This document shows positions 56,593 through 64,000 of a stretch of DNA of 64,000 bases, piece after piece. Numbering within the stretch: position 1 is the stretch's first letter; each line of letters starts with the position of its first letter. The DNA is from an uncultured virus (IMG/VR IMGVR_UViG_3300010885_058768) (taxonomy: Duplodnaviria > Heunggongvirae > Uroviricota > Caudoviricetes): positions 1-64,000 of the IMG/VR virus record IMGVR_UViG_3300010885_058768; one strand, given 5' to 3'. The position numbers and the translations under genes are program-made. Below the pieces are notes generated by a model, which saw nothing but the letters and a program-made list of their open reading frames with translations, did not search any database and was not told where the DNA came from.

Positions 56593-59500
56593 TGGGTAGT
56601 TATAACGAAGATAGAAAAAGAAACGTAGCTGCGTACATTCTTGACATGCAGAACAGGCTTTCACAGGTTGAAAGAAACAGGACCAGGACGACTGGACTTG
56701 CCGCCAACGCGGTGTCGGCGACAAACCTAACGGGAGAAGTTGTTTTATCTGACAACACCATAAGAAGCGCTAACTACGTCGAGGGATACTCCGGCTGGAG
56801 TATCGACGGAGATGGAAACTCTGAGTTTGCAAACGTGTTTGTTCGTGGAAACATCAACGCAAACTCTGGAACAATTGGAAACTGGACCATCAGCAATGAG
56901 ATAGTCACGCGTAGATTTAATAAAAAGGTAGCCACTATAACCGCGGTCACCTGGAGCGATGGAGTTATCAAGTTCACCGCTGCCAATACATTCAACGCCG
57001 GCGAGTACGTCACGATAAGCGGTATAGACCCAGATGACTATAACTTTTACGACATCGAAATCGATTCAGCTACGTCGACCTACTTTACTGTGCTTAGTGA
57101 CGCCGCAGCAGACTACGTTAGTGGCGGAACTGCTGAGTTGGTATACGCTGGAACATACGTAGAAAACCTAGACATTGGACTTGATGACGAGACTACGTCG
57201 AGTGGAAGCTACGTTGGGCTCTACACGTCGCCAAATCTAAGAACCGCTGGTCTCTATTTGCGAGACTACTCAAAGAGAGAATTTGACTACGGCTACTTCT
57301 CAAACGCGGGTGTCTCCTATGTCTCAGCTGAGGACATTAACTTATTAGAAAATCCGACCTTTGAATACAAGGATTCTCTAAACGCGATAAACTACAGCGC
57401 GGCCTCCTGGACCGCTGGAACCGGACTAACTCTTTTGGCAGGTGGAAAGGACTTTACCGCTGGAACTCCGCTGTATGCAGCCTCGCCAAAATACGGAGCA
57501 CAGGTCACGTGGACGACTGCAGTTTCAACGTACTTTACTGGAAAACTTCACTACACGGCTGGCAAGTCCTATGCCGTGTTTAAGAATAGAAGAAACCTGT
57601 ACCTCGGACTAAAAGTCTTCCCGCTATACACTCCGGTCGAAAAAACCGTCACCGCGGTTGAAGGAGTACGAGTAAGTGGAACTGTCACCGGCGCAACTTC
57701 AACAGCGACAACGGTGACCTATACTGGAACAAGCCTACAGTTCGAGCTTGGCCAAAGGTTGACCGTCACAGGTTTTGGAAACGCAAGATGCAACGTCTCT
57801 AATGCAATAGTCTCGGCAAAGAGTGGAACTACCTCGGTGACGGTGCTATCAAATGGCGATAGCGGCATTACTTCTACCGCGTCTACCGCGGACAACGCAG
57901 TCACTGGACTTCTTAAGATTACCGCTGCCTCGCATGGATTTACTGCGGGGCAGGTAGTGTTCCTTGACTTTGATGCTGGGTACCTTGAGCCAGAGTTCGG
58001 TGAAGTAGTCAATATGTATTCCCCGCACACCATAGCCAATGGAACGAGTGGCTACACCTTCGTGGTAAGCACCTTTGGATTAGCCGCTGGGTCTTTCCAC
58101 GTACCTGCTGATTTTTCTGACATAGAGGTCTCGGCCATGAGCGTAATTCCACATGGCTCTAGAGCGACTAAGGCGTTTAGCGTTTACGAGGCAGCCTTTG
58201 ACCTATCTAGCATTCGTCTAAGGTACGACAATGGCAGCACTACGAATCTTTCTAGCGTACTTGCAGCCACGACGGCGGCCGAGTGGAGCGCCGGGACAAA
58301 CAAGTATCTAATCAGCAACGCCAATTCATACATGCTCGGTAGACTTGACACCGCGGTAAAGATTCCGCCGATGACGCAAGCCAACGAGATAGTTATAAGT
58401 GGAGAGAAAGTCGAGGCAGCTTACCTGGCTGCCGACCCTACTGCCTATGGCTTAGACAAGGATATATTTATAGACCTTCCTGGCTGGCTCTATCCGCACG
58501 ATGGAAACGGCGTTGTGTCGAATACGCCTACTAAGATTGCAAGCATTGGATACATACTTGACGAAGTCTATTTCTCTTCATCTAACTCGTTCTTCTACGG
58601 AAGCGGCGGAGGCTCGTACCGCTGGTACGCGACTACTGACACGACTCCCAGCTACGACCCGGCACAGGCCTCGGTTGAGGGAACGAAGACCTGGCTAAAC
58701 ATCGACCTAGGCAACCAGTCAGCGTCGCTCGACTACTTTGACTACATCAAGTTTAAGCCACAGGTGTTCACCAAGGCTCTCAAGGAAAGACCTTCGATTG
58801 GCGTCTTTGACGCAGTCGTTCCATACATTAAAACAAACGACCCGGCTCCAGAGATTACCACTGTTAGCTCTGGACAGTACGAGTACATTATTGCAAGTGA
58901 TTACAGAAACGTAAGCTCTCATCTAAAAACGACTACCGGAGAGCGGTCTTCTGCGTTTGAGATTTCTGCACTGTATCGGGACATCTCGGCGAGCTCTGGA
59001 AGTGAGACTGGTCGCAAGGGAGCGCTTGTCGGCGGAGTCTACGACGGCCTATCTAACTCGACAACCTTGTACCTATCTAGCGACTCTCTGCAGTGGAGTT
59101 CTAACTACATAAGTCCAACTAATCCAAACTACGCGCAAGTGAGATTTGCTGACAAGGCGTACTTTAACATTCCGGTGCGAATAGCAAGCAACATGTCTCT
59201 CAGTGGAACCTTCTATGGTGCTGGAAGCATCGTCACCTCAAGTGGAAACATTAGAACCACCTCTGGCAACGTCTACACTACAAGCGGAAACATCTACACC
59301 ACAAGCGGCAACATTTACTCTACGTCTGGAAACATCTACACCACGAGCGGCAGCATCACCGCAAGCACGTCACTGAACGGACAAACTCTAAGACTTAGCT
59401 CGACTGACAACATCTCGCTAGGAAGCAACACTCACGCATTCCAAATCGGCGATAGCACTTCAACTAACCTTCGTTTAGACACCAACGAGGTGCAGGCGCA

Positions 59501-60167
59501 GGGATACACGTCTCCTAACCGGACTACAGCTGACCTATACTTAAATAAGCTTGGTGGAGACGTTTTCATTGGAAACACTGGAACAAGCAACCTAACCGCA
59601 AATGGAACTATCACTAGCGGTGGAATAGTCTACAGCGGTTCTAACTTATACACCAACGGCATAACTACAACCACGTCGTGGTTCTCAAACGCCACAGACT
59701 TTACGGCTTTGGTTAACGGCGTAATTCACTCAAGTAACACTGGTGGAGAAGCTCTGCGTCTGTCTAGAAAGAGCAGCACCGGCGCTGTAGTTAACTTCTA
59801 CTACGGTAGCGCGACCGTAGCGGGTCACATCGACGTTACCGGCACGTCGTCGGTTAGCTACATCACTAGCTCTGACTATCGACTAAAAGAAAATGTAGTC
59901 GCAATCAGAGACGCGGCGTCTAGACTTAAGAATCTAAATCCTGTGCGCTTTAACTTCAAGGATGAACCTGGACGAACCGTTGACGGTTTTCTTGCACATG
60001 AAGTTGCTGCGTACGTTCCGGAGGCGATTAGCGGTGAAAAGGACGCTGTAGACGAAGATGGAAACCCTATTTACCAAGGTATCGATCAATCTAAGATGGT
60101 TCCACTACTAACCGCGGCTTTGCAGGAGGCTATCGCAAGAATCGAAGTTTTGGAAGGAAGAGCATAA
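56592..60167 (+). CDS. Tail fibre with C-terminal intramolecular chaperone (peptidase S74-like)
   Basis: GWSIDGDGNSEF..VRG; TTSGNIY repeats; SDYRLKEN..GFLAHEV..VPLLTAALQE. Confidence 0.85.
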   Translation: MGSYNEDRKRNVAAYILDMQNRLSQVERNRTRTTGLAANAVSATNLTGEVVLSDNTIRSANYVEGYSGWSIDGDGNSEFANVFVRGNINANSGTIGNWTISNEIVTRRFNKKVATITAVTWSDGVIKFTAANTFNAGEYVTISGIDPDDYNFYDIEIDSATSTYFTVLSDAAADYVSGGTAELVYAGTYVENLDIGLDDETTSSGSYVGLYTSPNLRTAGLYLRDYSKREFDYGYFSNAGVSYVSAEDINLLENPTFEYKDSLNAINYSAASWTAGTGLTLLAGGKDFTAGTPLYAASPKYGAQVTWTTAVSTYFTGKLHYTAGKSYAVFKNRRNLYLGLKVFPLYTPVEKTVTAVEGVRVSGTVTGATSTATTVTYTGTSLQFELGQRLTVTGFGNARCNVSNAIVSAKSGTTSVTVLSNGDSGITSTASTADNAVTGLLKITAASHGFTAGQVVFLDFDAGYLEPEFGEVVNMYSPHTIANGTSGYTFVVSTFGLAAGSFHVPADFSDIEVSAMSVIPHGSRATKAFSVYEAAFDLSSIRLRYDNGSTTNLSSVLAATTAAEWSAGTNKYLISNANSYMLGRLDTAVKIPPMTQANEIVISGEKVEAAYLAADPTAYGLDKDIFIDLPGWLYPHDGNGVVSNTPTKIASIGYILDEVYFSSSNSFFYGSGGGSYRWYATTDTTPSYDPAQASVEGTKTWLNIDLGNQSASLDYFDYIKFKPQVFTKALKERPSIGVFDAVVPYIKTNDPAPEITTVSSGQYEYIIASDYRNVSSHLKTTTGERSSAFEISALYRDISASSGSETGRKGALVGGVYDGLSNSTTLYLSSDSLQWSSNYISPTNPNYAQVRFADKAYFNIPVRIASNMSLSGTFYGAGSIVTSSGNIRTTSGNVYTTSGNIYTTSGNIYSTSGNIYTTSGSITASTSLNGQTLRLSSTDNISLGSNTHAFQIGDSTSTNLRLDTNEVQAQGYTSPNRTTADLYLNKLGGDVFIGNTGTSNLTANGTITSGGIVYSGSNLYTNGITTTTSWFSNATDFTALVNGVIHSSNTGGEALRLSRKSSTGAVVNFYYGSATVAGHIDVTGTSSVSYITSSDYRLKENVVAIRDAASRLKNLNPVRFNFKDEPGRTVDGFLAHEVAAYVPEAISGEKDAVDEDGNPIYQGIDQSKMVPLLTAALQEAIARIEVLEGRA

Positions 60168-60295
60168 TGTACATGATTCTAAAGGTGTTGAACGATGAAG
60201 TTGAGGAATTTGCGGTGTATGACCGAATCTCAAGAACCGAGGTGGCTAGGTACGCGACTTATGGCGAGGCACTAGAAGACCTCTTATCAAGATAA
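60167..60295 (+). CDS. Small hypothetical protein, 42 aa
   Basis: TAATG overlap with the fibre stop. Confidence 0.5.
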   Translation: MYMILKVLNDEVEEFAVYDRISRTEVARYATYGEALEDLLSR

Positions 60296-60360
60296 CTAAG
60301 ACTAAACCATATAGGATAGATAGGTAATACCCCACAGGACAAGGATAAGGAAAAGACAAG

Positions 60361-60558
60361 ATGGCTCAAGACAACCAAGCCGACCAAGGCGAATTTTTAG
60401 GTAACGTTCTAGTGCTAACTAGAAATCAACTAGCGTCTGCTATGAACGCATGCACTGAACTAGAGGCTGCATTGACTATAGAAAGAAAGCGCAATGAAGA
60501 GCTAGCTGCTCGAGTCGCTGAACTAGAGTCTCAGACTAAGGCAGCTACGGATAAATAA
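60361..60558 (+). CDS. Small coiled-coil protein
   Basis: AAGGA RBS. Confidence 0.7.
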   Translation: MAQDNQADQGEFLGNVLVLTRNQLASAMNACTELEAALTIERKRNEELAARVAELESQTKAATDK

Positions 60559-61028
60559 TGATTAACGTAAAAGATGGCGCCAGAACTCTTCAATTTGATG
60601 GAGAGCTTTTAGGTACGTCTTCTTCATACAGGAGAGGCTCTGTCCGCTGGATTGAGTTTGAGCTGTATAGAACCAAGAGCGGTTCGTATGTTTTGTCTCG
60701 TGTTGGAGTTTCACTGGTCTTCCATGGAGCGGCGTGTCCTCTAGTAAAGAGATACAGTCTTACTGAGGCGCCGGTTGAAGACCTAACTGAACGCTCTCTT
60801 CCTTGCGAGCAGTGCAACCCTACTGATGACGTAGATTTAGTGTTCCCCGAAAAGAGTAGAAGCTGGGCGCAGGTTAGCGAAGAGCCGCAGGCTGTTCTAG
60901 ACGCGCTTTACAAGTACGATGACGGTGGAGCAAGGTACCTAACAAACGTGGCGCAAAGGCTATTAGAAGATTCAGCCGAAAAAGACTCCAAAATAGATGA
61001 AGTCTACAGGATAGAACTTATCCCATAG
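60558..61028 (+). CDS. Hypothetical phage protein
   Basis: RWIEFELYRT, CEQC. Confidence 0.75.
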   Translation: MINVKDGARTLQFDGELLGTSSSYRRGSVRWIEFELYRTKSGSYVLSRVGVSLVFHGAACPLVKRYSLTEAPVEDLTERSLPCEQCNPTDDVDLVFPEKSRSWAQVSEEPQAVLDALYKYDDGGARYLTNVAQRLLEDSAEKDSKIDEVYRIELIP

Positions 61029-61040
61029 CCTGTTATAATT
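61028..61040 (+). promoter_or_regulatory. Extended -10 promoter for the nucleotide-metabolism operon
   Basis: CCTGTTATAAT, same core as the early promoters. Confidence 0.65.
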
Positions 61041-61064
61041 GAACAAAGACGCAAAGGACAAAAG

Positions 61065-62075
61065 ATGTTTATAGTAATCGAAGGCACAGACGCCTCAGGT
61101 AAGAGTTCACTTACTCAGGCTGTCGAAGAAGAAATCGCAAGCAGGCTCCAATCAAGGCTGCCTATCAACTCATTCCATAAGGGTAAACCTGAGGAAGAGA
61201 CTCGTCGTTGGGTTTTGCGTGATTACGTTCTGTCAATAGAAGATAAGTCATTCGTAGACAAGGCGACACTCGCTGACCGCTGGCACTGGGGAGAAATAAC
61301 CTACGCTCCGCTAAAACGTCCACACACTAACAAGGACGGATACGGCCTTCTTGGAGAGGCTGGGTGGCGCTGGGTGGAACTTTTTATGGCTTCCCGTGGT
61401 ATCCAACAGTTCTGGCTTTACCAGCCTCTAAGTGTCATAGAGGGCCGTCTAAAGGCGCGTGGTGATGACTATGTCTTGCCTGATGAGCTACCTTTTATTC
61501 TAGAACAATACGGCAAGGCAGCCGAGCAAATCATTGGCCTAAAGAAACTTCAACCTGCTCCAGACAGCCTAGATGAGATTCCAAATCTCGCTAAGGAAAT
61601 TGTTGACCTAGCGCTTGTCAAGGCTGAGTCCGTTAGAGCTCTAAGAGACTTTGGTCCGTACATCGGAGTTCCTAAGCCTAAGGTTCTGCTAGTCGGCGAT
61701 AGGCACAATGCCACTAAGCGCTATGGGCACGAGACTAACCTTCCATTTATGCCTGTTGATGGGAACTCAGGCGAGTATCTTCTCACTGCTCTTCCGGCAG
61801 ATGAGTGGAAGAACATCGGACTTATAAACATAAACGACCATCCGGAGATGTTCCGTTCTCTTTGGGAAGCGCTAGGCTGTCCGCCGATAGTAGCGCTTGG
61901 TCGCCTGGCCGAGCGAGGCCTAGTTAAACAAGGATTCATAGATTCTCAATACAACGTTGCTCCGCATCCGCAGCGGGTGCGCAGATTTGCAAACTCTAGA
62001 AAACAAGAATACGGCGAGGCGATACTTAGATTAGCCGACACTACAGATAAGGAAGACAAATGGATACTGCGATAA
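61065..62075 (+). CDS. dNMP (thymidylate-type) kinase fused to a UDG-superfamily-like domain
   Basis: IVIEGTDASGKS, DRW; C-terminal VLLVGD..PF..SG.YL..IVALGRLA..PHP. Confidence 0.75.
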   Translation: MFIVIEGTDASGKSSLTQAVEEEIASRLQSRLPINSFHKGKPEEETRRWVLRDYVLSIEDKSFVDKATLADRWHWGEITYAPLKRPHTNKDGYGLLGEAGWRWVELFMASRGIQQFWLYQPLSVIEGRLKARGDDYVLPDELPFILEQYGKAAEQIIGLKKLQPAPDSLDEIPNLAKEIVDLALVKAESVRALRDFGPYIGVPKPKVLLVGDRHNATKRYGHETNLPFMPVDGNSGEYLLTALPADEWKNIGLININDHPEMFRSLWEALGCPPIVALGRLAERGLVKQGFIDSQYNVAPHPQRVRRFANSRKQEYGEAILRLADTTDKEDKWILR

Positions 62076-62914
62076 TCAACATCAAAGACGGAGTCAATGG
62101 CTACGTTGACCTAGTGCAACATGTTTTAAAACACGGTAAGGAAGTGGCTCCACGTGGGCAGAAGACCAGAGAAATTGAAGACGCCATCATTAGAATCGAT
62201 GATGTCTACAACACTTTGCCTTTAGGAATCAACCGTGGAACCGTTCCTGGAATCGGTGCTGTAGAGGCTTGTCAGCTACTTGGAGGAAGCAGCATCCCGG
62301 AGCTAGTGATAGCCGTTGGTCCACAGTTCAAAAACTTTGCCGAGGATAACGGAATCTTTCACGGTGCGTATGGACTTAGAACCAATGGGCAATACGACGT
62401 TATTATCGAAAGACTCAAGGCAGACCCTGATACTCGCCAGGCCGTAGTCACAATCTGGAATCCAGAGTACGACCTGCAGCCAAGCAAGAGAGACTATCCT
62501 TGCACGGTTTTACATCAATTTAGAATTCGTGACAATAAACTAAACATGAGCGTCTACATGCGTTCCAATGACGTTTGGCTTGGTGCCGCCTACGACTTCT
62601 TCCAGTTTACCCGTGTTCAGTTGGCTATTGCTTCAGTGCTAGGAATCGAACCTGGAACTTATAACCACCACGTCGGCTCGCTTCACATCTATGAGCAGCA
62701 CTACGAGGCTGCAGACAGTCTCAAGTATAGTGATAAGATTATTGATGTGCCGTTTATAACTGGAGCAACATGGGCAGAGGTTAGCGACTCAGCAAATGAC
62801 GCTTTGTTTGCCGCCATGGATGTTAAGCCACTAGATAGCATAAGCCAAGACGCACGCTGGTACGCCGAGGCAATGAAAAACGCAATCAAGCGCAACGCTG
62901 AGAAGAGTGAGTAA
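62060..62914 (+). CDS. Thymidylate synthase homologue, dCMP-type specificity residue
   Basis: DTRQAV, PCT, MRSNDVWLGAAYD, GSLHIY. Confidence 0.88.
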   Translation: MDTAIINIKDGVNGYVDLVQHVLKHGKEVAPRGQKTREIEDAIIRIDDVYNTLPLGINRGTVPGIGAVEACQLLGGSSIPELVIAVGPQFKNFAEDNGIFHGAYGLRTNGQYDVIIERLKADPDTRQAVVTIWNPEYDLQPSKRDYPCTVLHQFRIRDNKLNMSVYMRSNDVWLGAAYDFFQFTRVQLAIASVLGIEPGTYNHHVGSLHIYEQHYEAADSLKYSDKIIDVPFITGATWAEVSDSANDALFAAMDVKPLDSISQDARWYAEAMKNAIKRNAEKSE

Positions 62915-63154
62915 ATGCCAGAAGACGGCGAGCAGTACATAGACCTAGGCATTAGCCACCTACGTATTGTCGCCGTTCAACTTCACGTGGTCTACAAAGA
63001 ACTACGCGAGGCCGGATTCGATAAAAGTGAAAGCTTATATCTAATCTCGCAGCTGCTTGTTGTGTCTACTCCTGAAGTAGACAGTGGACCTTATAGATAC
63101 GACAACTACAACGACAATGAGAGAGACGATGACGATGATGGTGCAGGAGCCTAG
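62915..63154 (+). CDS. Small hypothetical protein
   Basis: ORF between TS homologue and deaminase. Confidence 0.65.
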   Translation: MPEDGEQYIDLGISHLRIVAVQLHVVYKELREAGFDKSESLYLISQLLVVSTPEVDSGPYRYDNYNDNERDDDDDGAGA

Positions 63155-63611
63155 GCCGTCCTGGGACGAAGTTTGGATGGACGTTGCTAGAACTATTAGC
63201 AAACGTTCAAGATGCTCTAGAGCGCACGTAGGCGCAGTAGTAGTTTCGGCTGAACAGCGAATAAGCGCGACTGGCTACAACGGCCCGGCTGCGAATCTAA
63301 AAGTACAAGGCGACTGCATAAATTGGTGCGACAGAGCTAAGGGTCTTACTCCACTTGACAATACCTATGATTCTTGTCCGTCTATTCATGCTGAGGCCAA
63401 CGCTCTTTTATACGTAGACCGCTCGAGAATTGAAGGCGGAACTATCTACGTTACTGGTGCTCCGTGTATGCAGTGCGCCAAACTTATCAGCAACTCTGGA
63501 CTGCGTAGAGTCGTCTCCATTGTTAGGCAGATAGATGTGCACAGAAAGCCAGAACGCGTGATAGACTATTTACGTAGCTGCGGAATAGAAGTATCTACCA
63601 TTGAGGAGTGA
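63135..63611 (+). CDS. dCMP deaminase
   Basis: RPSWDE, TGYNG, HAEANA, PCMQC; exact start uncertain. Confidence 0.92.
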   Translation: MMVQEPRPSWDEVWMDVARTISKRSRCSRAHVGAVVVSAEQRISATGYNGPAANLKVQGDCINWCDRAKGLTPLDNTYDSCPSIHAEANALLYVDRSRIEGGTIYVTGAPCMQCAKLISNSGLRRVVSIVRQIDVHRKPERVIDYLRSCGIEVSTIEE

Positions 63612-63614
63612 CAA

Positions 63615-64000
63615 ATGACACGTGGATTAGAAGAAGTAAAGTTAGACCTAGTTGATAGCGTTGAAAAGGCAGGACAGTTTCTAACCTGGCTTGGAGAACG
63701 CAGGCCACACAACGCTATAGCCATTGACACTGAAACAGGAGAGCTTCCTGGTCGCCCGCGCTCAGATGCGCTTTCTCCTTGGCACGGCAGACTTCGTTTA
63801 GTGCAGGTTGGGGATGCGATGCACGGCTGGGCGATTCCTTGGGACGAATGGGCTGGAGTCTTCTACCAAGCAATGAACAAATACGATGGTCAAATCGTGT
63901 GTCACAACATCGCCTTTGAAGCTAAGTTCTTTGAGATTCAGTCTAAGTGGAGTATGCCTTGGCAAAAGGCGCACGACACTATGATTATGGCTCAAATTAT
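63615..64000 (+). CDS. Family A DNA polymerase, N-terminal 3'-5' exonuclease (runs off window)
   Basis: IAIDTETG, RLVQVG, HNIAFE, HDTMIMA; GAGGAG RBS. Confidence 0.8.
   Translation, partial: MTRGLEEVKLDLVDSVEKAGQFLTWLGERRPHNAIAIDTETGELPGRPRSDALSPWHGRLRLVQVGDAMHGWAIPWDEWAGVFYQAMNKYDGQIVCHNIAFEAKFFEIQSKWSMPWQKAHDTMIMAQI

Noticed and set aside
20757..59614. Many antisense ORFs inside structural genes (e.g. 31662..32537)
   Set aside because: Fully overlap long sense genes and are explained by codon bias.
56592..60360. Diversity-generating retroelement at the fibre
   Set aside because: No reverse transcriptase and no TR/VR pair seen.

Overview
A 64-kb segment of a large tailed (siphovirus-type) dsDNA phage genome, probably infecting an actinobacterium (host is inference from gene families). 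1-8.7 kb: rightward small hypothetical genes behind a repeated extended -10 promoter/leader, plus three cell-wall proteins (NlpC/P60, SLT-like, PG-binding). 8.8-10.8 kb: double-HTH gene and terminase large subunit. 10.8-14.5 kb: four leftward one-gene cassettes (promoter-ORF-terminator) separated by non-coding, almost CC/GG-free spacers with palindromic and direct-repeat motifs; possibly a genome end, pac or ori region. 14.5-60.2 kb: morphogenesis module (portal, Dps-containing multidomain protein, 4391-aa polyvalent protein with kinase-like and ADP-ribosyltransferase-like domains, protease-like protein with a probable -1 frameshift extension, major capsid, tail tube, chaperones, tape measure, tail tip, fibre). 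60.3-64 kb: nucleotide metabolism (dNMP kinase/UDG-like fusion, thymidylate synthase homologue with a dCMP-type Asp, dCMP deaminase) and the start of a family A DNA polymerase. All calls come from reading motifs by eye; no searches were run.
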